From: a virus
Lineage: Duplodnaviria; Caudoviricetes
Direction: 5' to 3' (one strand)
Length of the DNA: 49,235 nt
IMG/VR virus record: IMGVR_UViG_3300017548_000003
Span: 1 to 49,235 of that record
The position numbers and the translations under genes are program-made. Positions 7,701-16,373 of this stretch are shown in pieces. The number at the start of each line of letters is the position of its first letter. Positions within the stretch are counted from its first letter, which is position 1. The notes under the pieces are model-generated. The model made no database searches and was not told the DNA's origin. It was given only the letters and a program-made list of their open reading frames with translations.

Positions 7701-8648
7701 GGCGGTATCTCCAACTTTGCGGTACTGGACCACCACGTCCACCGACATGCCGGTGACGGCGCCCTGGTCCGTAATGTTGAAGAGTTGCGCGGCCAGGTCG
7801 ACGGAGATCGAGGTCGTATCCAGCGGCGTGGTGCGCGTGTTCACGACACCCGATTCGAGCACGAACCCATCCAGGGTATCGACGTTGCCCGGGAACATGG
7901 AGAGCTTGCCGTCCTCGCCGGACACCTGGATCTGGACGTCCTGGTAGTCATTGATCGAAGTCGCGCCGATCTTGAAATCCGTGAGCACACACTGGCCCGC
8001 CTGCAGGCCAAAGTGAAAAACCTGATTCAGGTACTGCGTGTCGCCGACGTACTCGGTGAAATACTTCGCGCCCAGATCCGGGACGACCTTGTGACGCCCG
8101 AAGATCAGCGTCATCGGCTCCCACAGGCGCAAGCGATTGCGGCCGCCGGAGAGTGAATAGGTCGGCGAGGCGTCGTACTTCGCGCCTGTTCCCAGGGCTT
8201 CCGCAGTTGCGGTCGGTGGCGGCAGCAAGGCATTGATCAGCAGGGAGCCGCCGATCATGACGCCGGCAGTTAGGACGCCGCCCATAAACCCCGTCGCGGC
8301 AGCCCACGTCCCAGTCATCGCCCAGCCCGCGATATAGGGGGCCGCTACCACCAGCGCGATCATGGCAACAGTGCGCAACACCTTCCCGCCGCCTCCGCCG
8401 CCCTGGGCGATGGCGTGAATCACAATCTGGTCGCCCGTGCGCGGGATCAAGCGCTGCCACAGATGATGCGGCACCGCGCGGCCATTGTGCTGAACGCGGA
8501 ATTCCGAGCGCGGCAACACGATGCCGTTACGCTCGACGTACGCGCCCAGGGTCTCGCCCTGCAAAAAGGCCGCGACGGTAAACGTGCGGCCCTCGGGCGT
8601 GAAGGGATGCGGCTGGACGACCAGCGGCGTTACTTCGTTGCGATCCAC
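4758..8648 (-). CDS. Host-specificity / central tail tip protein (TipJ family, with N-terminal gpI-like part)
   Basis: 1296 aa; GGGGGKVLRTVAMIA, TRNPAWWY and FNIII-like PAVTGL motifs; position in the tail operon. Confidence 0.88.
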   Translation of the reverse strand: MDRNEVTPLVVQPHPFTPEGRTFTVAAFLQGETLGAYVERNGIVLPRSEFRVQHNGRAVPHHLWQRLIPRTGDQIVIHAIAQGGGGGGKVLRTVAMIALVVAAPYIAGWAMTGTWAAATGFMGGVLTAGVMIGGSLLINALLPPPTATAEALGTGAKYDASPTYSLSGGRNRLRLWEPMTLIFGRHKVVPDLGAKYFTEYVGDTQYLNQVFHFGLQAGQCVLTDFKIGATSINDYQDVQIQVSGEDGKLSMFPGNVDTLDGFVLESGVVNTRTTPLDTTSISVDLAAQLFNITDQGAVTGMSVDVVVQYRKVGDTAWIDAGSITDAIYATHYWSYDEEYTYWVDGNTPGAGQQTGYRNISYGSTNYADHVDGERVKIADAYCMVNPERCYPARYAVWRWLPHPYRQGRPWRGIAPDPLIGYVTSPGVRIYGARQEPTRKTVSWAVAKGQYEVRIWKSTADIKDSRQSNETAVSQILCFQTDDADYSGQLRVALRIKATSQLNGAIDEFSAMAQAHAPVWTGEHFDVQHTRNPAWWYLWFAMGKSIEGKGRVYGAGLTEAQIDVESIKAWGAWCDLKKLTFDYVLDRKMSSAQVLQIIARAGRASPTWQTGKLGVVWDAADQPVVAMFGPFNIKAGSFKVAYINDDTPDEIVLNFANEERDYQMDEVRVAVPGATATNNPLQLDLDGCTVADMAGREANLIAASQVWHRRRTTWETDIEGWVASRGDVVQISHDLTVWGYSGRLMGRSGNQITLSQSIPTGSGTMMLRDPEGNMKTVVVAGDVDTDTVTITSDMTGFPLPGDAGFEDVPALDWAFFFDPLATPGRRFKIVDVQPTQDGVRFSAVDDDPEYYASETNPYGYTPPRDGAYLGGVIFGVTVTEGIVNVLADINSVQIGWALSVAMPVDVVIAVNGAAQPAVRVEDRKMTIQAQTGDVLDITVTPVSVLGRGKPVMRSYTVQGLRAPLPAVTGLTSVFRDGLTVLTWGRVVDVRQPDYEIRIGESWANSRTVAVTPMLESLTVGNGLYWVAARYVYKGQAIYGQPDSLLVSGAALVRNVLLTEVEDPAWDGDLSEGAYVWDDLLTLLGAGDVLAEADILAVRDVLWYGGAQPRGVYTSAQTVDIGFVAPVRLDFHIDAYALNFGEDVLSMDDVLSNPDILNASNAQHWKATPQYRVAGDDEVYGPWINYTPGLVNIRYIQVRIVIETDEPLIVPFVEHFTWIVDVPDLLQSAEGITVPTTGLRIEYEKVFHAVPNVQIALFDAVDGDRYVLTNSDETGFDIQVLNSSTPKAAVINWLSQGF

Positions 8649-9025
8649 CGGTAATATCCTTCCAGGGAGTAGGCCCAGCGGGTCAGATCCCGCAGGCGCT
8701 GGCAGACCACCATGCCCGCCGATTGATCGTTGTGCAGCACCCAGGTTTCATCGCCGATCAAGGCGACGGCGCCGCAGTGATAGAACCGTCCCCGGGCGAC
8801 AAACAGCACGGGCTGCGCATCGATCGGCGCATCCACGCGCTCGGCGTAGTCGGCCTTCAATCGATCCAACTGCTCGGCCTGCCCGCGAAGGGACGTTTCA
8901 TGCGCGGCCGGGATACCGGGATAGATACCCAGCACTTCGTTTGCGACCTGCTCGGCTAGGTTCATGCAGTCGGCCACGCCCGCGATATAGGGCTTGCCGA
9001 TATAGCGATCCGTCCAGTGCGCCAT
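8630..9025 (-). CDS. NlpC/P60-like tail assembly protein (gpK-like)
   Basis: WTDRYIGKPY...ADC and HCG...VLH motifs. Confidence 0.8.
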   Translation of the reverse strand: MAHWTDRYIGKPYIAGVADCMNLAEQVANEVLGIYPGIPAAHETSLRGQAEQLDRLKADYAERVDAPIDAQPVLFVARGRFYHCGAVALIGDETWVLHNDQSAGMVVCQRLRDLTRWAYSLEGYYRWIATK

Positions 9026-9501
9026 CAGAACGCCCCCGGCGTAGATTTCGGATCGTAGCGAACCGCCACGGCCGGCAGCATCAACGTGTTCTGAAACCCC
9101 AGGTCAGCGGTGACGGCCAGGTTGTCGATGGAGATCCCGGACATATCCAGCGTCATGTCGTACTCGAAGACGTCCGGATCACTGCGCAGCGCCTGGATGA
9201 TCCGGCACTTGGCGCCCTTGCCTCCCCGGCTGTACTCCAGCCACTGGGTCAGTTCGCGACCGATGTTGTCCACGCGAAGCGAAGCCTTGGGCACCTGCTG
9301 ATCCACGTCATCAGGCAGCACAAGCTCGAACGGGCACGCCACATATTCATTGCCGCGCGCGGTGATGTTCACGGTGTCATTGACCACGCGCACCGGTTCA
9401 TCCAACTCCGGATGCGAGATCTCCAGCAGAACCAGGAACGGCTCATCGGCGGACGTGGCCAGGAGATTCCGGCGTCCGGCAGAGGTGTAGGTATTGGGCA
9501 T
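9025..9501 (-). CDS. DUF1833-family minor tail protein
   Basis: FLVLLEISHPELDEPVRVVNDT...ACPFELVLP pattern; start moved to MPNTYT. Confidence 0.75.
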   Translation of the reverse strand: MPNTYTSAGRRNLLATSADEPFLVLLEISHPELDEPVRVVNDTVNITARGNEYVACPFELVLPDDVDQQVPKASLRVDNIGRELTQWLEYSRGGKGAKCRIIQALRSDPDVFEYDMTLDMSGISIDNLAVTADLGFQNTLMLPAVAVRYDPKSTPGAF

Positions 9502-9541
9502 AAAAAAACCGCCTCGTGGGCGGTCATGTAAGTTGTGCGGG

Positions 9542-9895
9542 CTATCGGCCCAGAGTCTCGATCTGGCAGGTGGCCTGCCAGACAGGCCCTTGTGGTTCGC
9601 CCCACCGGAGCTTGCCGCTGACAAGTCGCGCCTGAACGCTGTTGCCGGTCAATGGCTCGGCCCAGGCGAACCAGGCCGCGCCGCCCGCGAGATCGGCCGC
9701 GATCCAGGCATCGAGCGCCTGCTTGTCCGTCAGGCTCATCACGATGACCGTGGCGTCCCTCGTGACGATGGGCATGGAGAACCGCGCGCGCTGCTTGGCG
9801 ATGCCGTTGTCCATCTCGGTGCGCAGGACGCCGTAGTCGGCTTCCTCGCCGTAGCCGGCGACGATAAGCCGGGCGTAGGTGGGCCATGTCGCCAT
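9542..9895 (-). CDS. Distal/minor tail protein (gpM-like)
   Basis: VLRTEMDNGIAKQRAR motif; directly after the tape measure gene (TGATG overlap). Confidence 0.7.
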   Translation of the reverse strand: MATWPTYARLIVAGYGEEADYGVLRTEMDNGIAKQRARFSMPIVTRDATVIVMSLTDKQALDAWIAADLAGGAAWFAWAEPLTGNSVQARLVSGKLRWGEPQGPVWQATCQIETLGR

Positions 9896-12297
9896 CACAG
9901 CGCCCCTTTCAACTGCCGGGCGTACGGGCCGTTGCGCTGCAGGTCAGCGATCATGACTTCCACCACCATGCGCCCCATCGAGTCCATGCTGACCTTCGGC
10001 TGGCTGGCCGTCACCGGCTGGCTGCTGTTGTTGATGACGTTCACCGTCACATCGCCCGCGCCACGACCGGCATCAGTTGACACCCCCAGACGCCCATCCG
10101 GGCCGCGCTTGAGCGGCATGATGGCCTCGGGGCCGGCCTCACCGAATACCCCGGCTCCCCTGGCAAAGGCGAACAGCTTGGGCGTGTCGTGGATCTGGTT
10201 CGAATAGGCAGACAGGCTGGGTGAGTCGTAGACGCCGCCCTTGGCATTCATTTTCGGCAGCGCCCACGACGCGGTGGACGGCAGGGATGATCCGAACATC
10301 CCAGAAAGCGCTCCGCCCAATGCCCCAGCCAGCGGCCCAGTGATGGACTGCTGAATGGCGATCCGCACCATGTCACTGATGATCGAGTCGGCCAGGTCCT
10401 TGAAGGACAGCTTGCCGGTCATGACGAACTGCGTCAGGGCGTCTTCCATGCCTCGGAAGGCGCCATCGACCATGTTGCCAATCGACGCATAGACGTTCTC
10501 TGACTCGTCGCGGTAGTTGATCAGTGCGTCTTGCGCACCCAACAGCCAACTTCCTTGCTTTTCCTTCAGCCTGGCGTAAAAGTCCACCGCCATCTGTTCT
10601 TCGCGCTCCATTGCGGCCTTGAGCGCGGCTTCGTCCTGTTCGGACAGACCCACGGAGGAATTGCGCCGCTGTTCAAGCAGGTCTTGATATTTGTCGCGGA
10701 TCTCCTGCAAGGCGCTGTTGACCTGGCGGCCCCAGTCACCCTGCCCCATGGCTTCCAATTCGCGGTTGTACTTCGTCTGCGCAATGGTCAGCCGGTTTTC
10801 GATCAGATCGCCGATTCGGCCGTACTGCTTTTCCACATCAGCCAGCCGGGCCATGCCATCGGCAGAGCCCATCCAGTCCTCGATGCTGTCGTACTGGATC
10901 TTGCGCTTGGAATTCTTGCCGGATTTGCTTCCGCCGGACGGCTTTACCGTAACAGGGGCAAGCTGCGGCGGATCGAACAAGGGCATGTCGAATGCATCGT
11001 TCAGCCCACGCAGAGCCTTGTCGCGCTCACGGCCGACCATGGACGACCAATAGGCCTGTTGCTGAATTAGCGACCGGAGGCGCTCTCCTTGGATCTTCTG
11101 CGCTTTCTCATCCGAGAGCGCATCATATCCTTGTAAGTACGGTTTTGATGCCTCGCTGATCGCCACGTTGCGCGACTTCTGTAGCTGCTCGATCTGCGCA
11201 TTGACCTCGGCAAGCTGCTGCGCGGCGGTTTTGGCCGGATTCGTCAGACCATACTTCCCGAGCGCGTCAAAGAACCCGTCGGAATAGCGCATCCCAATGG
11301 CGAACTGATTTGCCAGGTTGACAACCTCTTCAGCCACATTCGCCAGCAGCCCGACGAACTCTTGAAAGGACCGTCGGGTTTCTTCCGACCCCAGGCTGGC
11401 GGTCAGGGAGTTGATGTCTGATGTCAACCCGTCAATCGAGCCGTCGCCACCCGTCATCAGGTCGCTGATCTGGTTCTGGAGCGCCTGCATCGCGCCGCCC
11501 AGCGTGTTCCTTGCCGCCGCAGCAGCGCCGCCGTAGGACGATTCCAGCGCCTCTATGACGATGCCCTGGGCTTCGGCAATGCGACCAGTATCCTCCAGGG
11601 CCTTGGTCATCTTCTTCTGCTCGTCTGTGAACCGGAAGCCCTGGCGAGACAGCGAAGACAGGCCCTCACTCGGAATGTCCAGCGCCCGCCCGACAGTCTC
11701 TGCGGCCTGGGTAACACTCATGCCCATGCGGATAGACGTGTCAATCACCGCCTGCATCGCACGCGGGAACATTTCGTGGGCGATGTTCGAGTACGACAGC
11801 AGCCGCGTCTGCGCTTGGTTGATTTCGCCTGCTGTGAAGGTGGACATGGCCGCCATGTCGGCGGCCATTGCGTTCAACTCTGCCCGGGTGAAGCCGGCAG
11901 CCATTCCCGTGGACTTCAACACGGCAGCCAGCTGCGCCTGCTCCATCTGCGCGTTCTTCGTCTCGCTGATGAATTTGCTGAAGATCGCGCCCAGCGACAG
12001 CGTGCCGCCGATGCCGGCAATTGCGCCCAGGCTCCCTAGGCCACGCATCAAGGTGCCGAGGGACGAATTCGCCATGACCACCGCCTGACGCATCCTGTCG
12101 GTTTCTGCCTTGACCCTTGCTGCAGCCGCCCCGACAGCGCTCACACCTGCAGCGCCAGATACACCGGCGCCCTTCAGGCGATTGAGCGCCTGCTCGACGG
12201 CCGGCCCGGACTGCGCCAACGCGCTCAGGTCCTGTTTGGCCTTACGCGCCGCGCTGGAGTCAATCTCCATGCCGAAGCTTACGATGTCATCTGCCAT
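9895..12297 (-). CDS. Tail tape measure protein
   Basis: 800 aa, Ala-rich helical; C-terminal FRGMEDALTQFVMTGKLSFKDLA and GVFGEAGPEAIMPL motifs. Confidence 0.92.
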   Translation of the reverse strand: MADDIVSFGMEIDSSAARKAKQDLSALAQSGPAVEQALNRLKGAGVSGAAGVSAVGAAAARVKAETDRMRQAVVMANSSLGTLMRGLGSLGAIAGIGGTLSLGAIFSKFISETKNAQMEQAQLAAVLKSTGMAAGFTRAELNAMAADMAAMSTFTAGEINQAQTRLLSYSNIAHEMFPRAMQAVIDTSIRMGMSVTQAAETVGRALDIPSEGLSSLSRQGFRFTDEQKKMTKALEDTGRIAEAQGIVIEALESSYGGAAAAARNTLGGAMQALQNQISDLMTGGDGSIDGLTSDINSLTASLGSEETRRSFQEFVGLLANVAEEVVNLANQFAIGMRYSDGFFDALGKYGLTNPAKTAAQQLAEVNAQIEQLQKSRNVAISEASKPYLQGYDALSDEKAQKIQGERLRSLIQQQAYWSSMVGRERDKALRGLNDAFDMPLFDPPQLAPVTVKPSGGSKSGKNSKRKIQYDSIEDWMGSADGMARLADVEKQYGRIGDLIENRLTIAQTKYNRELEAMGQGDWGRQVNSALQEIRDKYQDLLEQRRNSSVGLSEQDEAALKAAMEREEQMAVDFYARLKEKQGSWLLGAQDALINYRDESENVYASIGNMVDGAFRGMEDALTQFVMTGKLSFKDLADSIISDMVRIAIQQSITGPLAGALGGALSGMFGSSLPSTASWALPKMNAKGGVYDSPSLSAYSNQIHDTPKLFAFARGAGVFGEAGPEAIMPLKRGPDGRLGVSTDAGRGAGDVTVNVINNSSQPVTASQPKVSMDSMGRMVVEVMIADLQRNGPYARQLKGAL

Positions 12298-12345
12298 TTC
12301 TTGCGCCCATGAAAAAGGCCCTGCCGATGGCAGAGCCCGAGAATG

Positions 12346-12369
12346 AAAAAGGCTCGCCGAAGCGAGCCT
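12346..12369 (-). terminator. Intrinsic terminator of the DprA-PRTase cassette
   Basis: Minus-strand AGGCTCGC-TTCG-GCGAGCC-TTTTT. Confidence 0.75.
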
Positions 12370-12410
12370 GAGGATAAAGCCACCCGCAAGCAGAGAGGCT
12401 CTAGTGAGTC

Positions 12411-13046
12411 TTAGAAGTCATCAAGCGAAGTCGATCTCTCTGTTCGCGCCAGAAATAATCCAAAAGTCCTCACCCCAGGAAAATGTCTCTCAAGGACCAT
12501 TTGCATGGCCTTGAAGTGTGATCCAGCCGTCAAAACATCGTCAACAATTCCTATTGCGGTTGGCCTGGGGTCGGTAAGTCTCTCGTCAATACGGTAGTTC
12601 GCAGCAATCTCAGCCGGTTTGGGCCGGTCGCCACGTAAATGCGAGGCTTCGACAGTGGATTCCTGATAGACCAACTCCCGAACATCAACTCCCAAATTGG
12701 CGGTCATATAGTGCAATACCTGCACCATACGATCATCGTACAGCGGGTCAGACTTAGTATGCGACGGAGGGATAGGGACCCAGGTTACGCGACGATTACC
12801 TTCGCGTTCCCAATTAATTGCACCACGAAGAACCATCCCATACTGCTTTATCGCCTGCTCTTTCCAAAAATACTGGGGCGTCCCACGAAGCGAAACGTCC
12901 TTCTTTAGATTCGATATCTGCTGATTTGTAGGACTACATCCATAACCGCCGCGAGGCGTGTACTCGCCTAGGTAATAGCACGCATCTTGCGGTTCAAGGT
13001 AGTAATGATCTGACCGTGTCAAATCATCAATTTTCTTAAGACGCAT
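12411..13046 (-). CDS. Type I phosphoribosyltransferase-domain protein (putative effector)
   Basis: WVPIPPS and PRPP-binding IGIVDDVLTAGSHF motifs; overlaps the dprA-like stop; low GC. Confidence 0.85.
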   Translation of the reverse strand: MRLKKIDDLTRSDHYYLEPQDACYYLGEYTPRGGYGCSPTNQQISNLKKDVSLRGTPQYFWKEQAIKQYGMVLRGAINWEREGNRRVTWVPIPPSHTKSDPLYDDRMVQVLHYMTANLGVDVRELVYQESTVEASHLRGDRPKPAEIAANYRIDERLTDPRPTAIGIVDDVLTAGSHFKAMQMVLERHFPGVRTFGLFLARTERSTSLDDF

Positions 13047-13944
13047 GGCACAGCTCATCCAAAATCTGCTCGAGATCTCTTACACGGATGGCGCCCATCT
13101 TCTCATACTTTGCAGGCCACGTTAATGCAGGATTCTGGAAGCAGCTATCGAGGATAAACAGCTTACGCCCCTGCTTTAAAGCAGCCCGGGCTTGCGTCAA
13201 TGTCCCCGATGTCTCGCCCGCCTCCACGATAACCGTAGCATCTGACAGCGCAGACATCGTGACATTTCGTTCAGGGAAGAATAGCCTGTTCCATTTAAAA
13301 TTTTGACGAGAATATCTGAGTATAGGAACCTGGCTGATCAATAAGTGATCACGAGCAATAGTCTCTTGGAGAGCACGATTAGATTTCGGATAGGATTCCG
13401 TGATCGGGGTGCCGATCACTCCAACAGTGCGTCCGCCATGATCCAGTGCTGCCTGATGTGCGGCAGTGTCTATGCCCTCGGCCAAGCCAGAAAAGATCGT
13501 GAACCCCTCTCGCACAAGCAAGCTAGACAATTTCCTGGCCCGCCGGACGCCCTCCGCTGAGGGCTTGCGGCTTCCCACTATAGCCACAGACTTTTCTGAA
13601 AACGCAAGATCCCAAAAGCCCTGATAATAGAACAGTTCAATAGGGTAAGCCGCGTCCCTGAGTCTGGCCGGGTAGTCGGCAGTGCCAAACACTGAAATGC
13701 CAAACTCTTCCACGCCAGCCTTGGCAATTGCGTCTTCAATCTGCAGCTTGGTACCCACCACAGCGTCGTCAGACACGAGTTCCGAAGGCATCCTTCCAGG
13801 ATTCCGCTCAAACAACTCAGCGACCGTCTTAAATGTGGCCCCCTCAGATAGCCACAAGGACTCATACGCCGCCACTTCCCGATAGGGTTCGATAGGCGGC
13901 GCCTCGAACAGACCATCTAGAAAATTGGTGTCAGACATGTCCAA
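13036..13944 (-). CDS. DprA/Smf-family (SLOG) protein
   Basis: VAIVGSR, SGLAEGIDTAAH, FFPERN, VIVEAGETSGTLTQARAALKQGR motifs; alternative ATG at 13938. Confidence 0.92.
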   Translation of the reverse strand: MDMSDTNFLDGLFEAPPIEPYREVAAYESLWLSEGATFKTVAELFERNPGRMPSELVSDDAVVGTKLQIEDAIAKAGVEEFGISVFGTADYPARLRDAAYPIELFYYQGFWDLAFSEKSVAIVGSRKPSAEGVRRARKLSSLLVREGFTIFSGLAEGIDTAAHQAALDHGGRTVGVIGTPITESYPKSNRALQETIARDHLLISQVPILRYSRQNFKWNRLFFPERNVTMSALSDATVIVEAGETSGTLTQARAALKQGRKLFILDSCFQNPALTWPAKYEKMGAIRVRDLEQILDELCHAS

Positions 13945-13958
13945 AAGGCTACCAAATA

Positions 13959-13974
13959 CTGTATGTAATTACAG
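13959..13974. promoter_or_regulatory. LexA (SOS)-type box
   Basis: CTGTATGTAATTACAG = CTGT-N8-ACAG with AT-rich core, just upstream of the dprA-like start. Confidence 0.7.
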
Positions 13975-14005
13975 CAAATAATACAGTGACGGAAGAGACT
14001 TCGCA

Positions 14006-14033
14006 ATTATGCCCTACCGAAGGCGTCCGTCAA
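14006..14033 (-). promoter_or_regulatory. Putative promoter of the DprA-PRTase operon
   Basis: Minus-strand TTGACG, 16 nt, CATAAT. Confidence 0.55.
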
Positions 14034-14042
14034 AACATCTTT

Positions 14043-14064
14043 CCCCTCCCCCTCCCCCTCCCCC
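14043..14064 (-). repeat. (GGGGGA)n tract, G-quadruplex motif
   Basis: Minus strand GGGGG-A-GGGGG-A-GGGGG-A-GGGG. Confidence 0.75.
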
Positions 14065-14145
14065 ACTGCCCGCTTGCTTCTTCCAGCGCTCCGCCTCTGC
14101 ACAGCACCGGGAAGGCGGATCATAGAACCGCCGGCCCGCTTCACA

Positions 14146-14919
14146 TTACCCTCGCGCTTCCCTGTAGCTGGTCGGAACCTCGACCAAAAGGCCTGCGGGG
14201 GCTCCCGTTTGTCGCCCTTCCCTGCTCAGCCGCCGCGCCAGCGCGGTCAGGCCCAGCGGAGTAATGCGAACTTGCTCACTCAACCGCTCCTCGCCGGTGT
14301 GGACGTCCTGGATCGGCGTCTGCTTCAGGTAGAGATACCCGGCCTTCACCTTGTCAGCGTAGGCCAGCAGCGACTTGTGGCCGGCCCGCCGATAGCACCA
14401 GTCGTTCATCAGCAGCCACTGCACGAACTTGCGTTCGGGGAAACGCAGCGTGTTGGCTGCCTCGCGGATCGTGATGCTACCTTCGGCATCGGCAATCCGG
14501 TCATGCACGGCGACCTTCGGGGCCATTTCCTCGACCTTGGTTTCCAGGGCCAGCCGTTCCTGCTCGGCCTGCATCGCCATCTCGATCAGTTGCAGCCGGG
14601 ACAGGTTCGCCGGGTTCAAGGCTGGCTGGCCCTGCTTGGCCTCCAACTCCTGCCAACGGTCCACAAGCCGGGCCGTGAACTCGGGCGAGAGTTGGGCCAC
14701 GACGATGATGCTGTCGCGCTTTCCCTGTTCGCCGGTGAACTGGTAGACGGTGGTCGGCTTGGTGGCCGTAGGAATCTCCACCGACGGTGGGAATTCGATA
14801 ACCCCTTGATTCGCCAGCCGTTCGATGGTGCGCTTCACGCTGTCGTGCCGGGACTCGACCAGATCCGCGATTTCCTGGCTGGTCATGCTCATGGCACTCA
14901 TGTTCATGATGTTGCTCAT
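14146..14919 (-). CDS. Rha-family / KilAC (ANT) antirepressor-like protein
   Basis: MTSQEIADLVESRHDSVKRTIERL Rha domain; PKVAVHDRIADAEGSITIREAA...QVRITPLG KilAC domain. Confidence 0.88.
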   Translation of the reverse strand: MSNIMNMSAMSMTSQEIADLVESRHDSVKRTIERLANQGVIEFPPSVEIPTATKPTTVYQFTGEQGKRDSIIVVAQLSPEFTARLVDRWQELEAKQGQPALNPANLSRLQLIEMAMQAEQERLALETKVEEMAPKVAVHDRIADAEGSITIREAANTLRFPERKFVQWLLMNDWCYRRAGHKSLLAYADKVKAGYLYLKQTPIQDVHTGEERLSEQVRITPLGLTALARRLSREGRQTGAPAGLLVEVPTSYREARG

Positions 14920-15623
14920 GCCGCTACCCCGCCCAGTTCGTGAATCGACAACGCCGACCGGATCAGGCGCTTGAGTTGCAACAATGCCCGCTCTTTGTGC
15001 TGCGAGAAGTCCCGCGCATCATGGATGCGGATCTCCAGGGCCTCGCCCACCATCTGAGCCGACATCGGTCGGCCGCTGGTGAACCTATCGGCATACCGAT
15101 CCGCGTCACAAGCCAGATCGTGGCCGAAAGCCTCGATCACGCGGTCCGCGCCGTGGTAAGCGGCATTGCCGATCTCGTAGCGGATGCAGTTTGAGTACTC
15201 GGCCTCGCTGACTTCCAGTCCAGGCAATGCCGCCCTCTTTCGATACGCAGCAAAGACTGCCTGCAAAGCCGGCACTGCTTGCGGTCGTAACATCTGGCAC
15301 AAGCGCAGCGCTGTGCGGTGTTTCAGCCAGTACACATGGACGCGATCACCAGCCGCCGGCCGGTAGATGGTGGTCACATGCTGAATGCCTTGCTCCTGCT
15401 TCTTGTTCATCCAGAAGGACTGGAACACAACCAGGCGGCCCATGAGTTCCCGGCTGTAGCCCAGCCACAGAGCAAGTTCATCGCTGCTGATCACCAGCAC
15501 AGAGCGGCGAGCGCCGTTGTTCAGGACCTTCGGCGCCGGGCCTTGCGGCTCCCATGCCAAGTTTTCTGCCACATCGTCACCGCAGGATTGCGGATTTTCG
15601 ATGGATGAGTTAAATTGACTCAT
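14916..15623 (-). CDS. Hypothetical protein in the antirepressor operon
   Basis: 235-aa ORF between the arc-like and ant genes, ATGA-coupled to ant. Confidence 0.6.
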   Translation of the reverse strand: MSQFNSSIENPQSCGDDVAENLAWEPQGPAPKVLNNGARRSVLVISSDELALWLGYSRELMGRLVVFQSFWMNKKQEQGIQHVTTIYRPAAGDRVHVYWLKHRTALRLCQMLRPQAVPALQAVFAAYRKRAALPGLEVSEAEYSNCIRYEIGNAAYHGADRVIEAFGHDLACDADRYADRFTSGRPMSAQMVGEALEIRIHDARDFSQHKERALLQLKRLIRSALSIHELGGVAA

Positions 15624-15649
15624 ATCGGTTTTCCTTTGTCCACAAGGGG

Positions 15650-15832
15650 TTACTGAACCAACGCATCAGAGGCTGCAACCTCTGGTGCGTTTTCTTTTGC
15701 CCGGCCCTGTTCAAGCCGGTGGATGATCTCCGCATTCAGACTGCGGCGATTGCGCTGGGCCTGCTCTGCAAGCCATGCTTTCAACTCCGGCTGCATGCGT
15801 AGCCCGAACGGAGTAACTTGGTAGCCTTTCAT
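15650..15832 (-). CDS. Arc-family RHH repressor
   Basis: PFGLRMQPELKAWLAEQAQRNRRSLNAEIIHRL; GGAG RBS before ATG 15832. Confidence 0.88.
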   Translation of the reverse strand: MKGYQVTPFGLRMQPELKAWLAEQAQRNRRSLNAEIIHRLEQGRAKENAPEVAASDALVQ

Positions 15833-15846
15833 CTCATCTCCAGTTG

Positions 15847-15929
15847 ATGCCGAGTCGGCATGATTGAATTCTGCGCCCAATCCGCAATGATGTCAACTAG
15901 GCATCATTAAAAACATTCCGAGTCGGCAG
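15847..15929. promoter_or_regulatory. Divergent promoter region with three related operators
   Basis: ATGCCGA-G-TCGGCAT (15847-15861), ATGTCAACTAGGCAT (15890-15904), ATTCCGAGTCGGCAG (15915-15929); minus-strand TTGACA-17-CAGAAT. Confidence 0.7.
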
Positions 15930-15942
15930 TATCATCCGCGTC

Positions 15943-16350
15943 ATGGATAAGAAACCCTACCCCAGCGAACTCCAGGACAGATTCATTGTTCGGATGCCTG
16001 ACGGCATGCGTGATCGCATCAAGGCCGCGGCCGAAGCCAGCGGCAGATCCATGAACGCCGAGATCGTCCAGGCCCTCCAGGCCTATTACGACATCGTGGA
16101 GCGAGATCCATCAGCCATCAGCAGGGCACTAAGCCCGGCCATCGGTCTAGGATTAGACCTTGGGGCAGTCGGCCAAGAGATCCACCCAACACCAGCACGA
16201 ATCGGTGGCCTGGGCCTGCTCTCTATAGGGGACACGATAGGCGAACGGCGCCTTAAAGAGATCATCGAAGAAACAGCCGAGGCCGCAGCCGAAAAAGCCC
16301 ATCGACTTGCGCTGGCTGAGGCTCTGCTTAACCATAAGCCCAAAAAATAG
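15943..16350 (+). CDS. Arc/Mnt-family RHH repressor
   Basis: QDRFIVRMPDGMRDRIKAAAEASGRSMNAEIVQAL; divergent from the arc-like gene. Confidence 0.88.
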   Translation: MDKKPYPSELQDRFIVRMPDGMRDRIKAAAEASGRSMNAEIVQALQAYYDIVERDPSAISRALSPAIGLGLDLGAVGQEIHPTPARIGGLGLLSIGDTIGERRLKEIIEETAEAAAEKAHRLALAEALLNHKPKK

Positions 16351-16373
16351 CCGCCCGTAGGCGGCGTCTTGCA

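Noticed and set aside
3364-8648. Diversity-generating retroelement or invertible tail-fibre switch
   Set aside because: No reverse transcriptase, invertase, template/variable repeat pair or flanking inverted repeats seen
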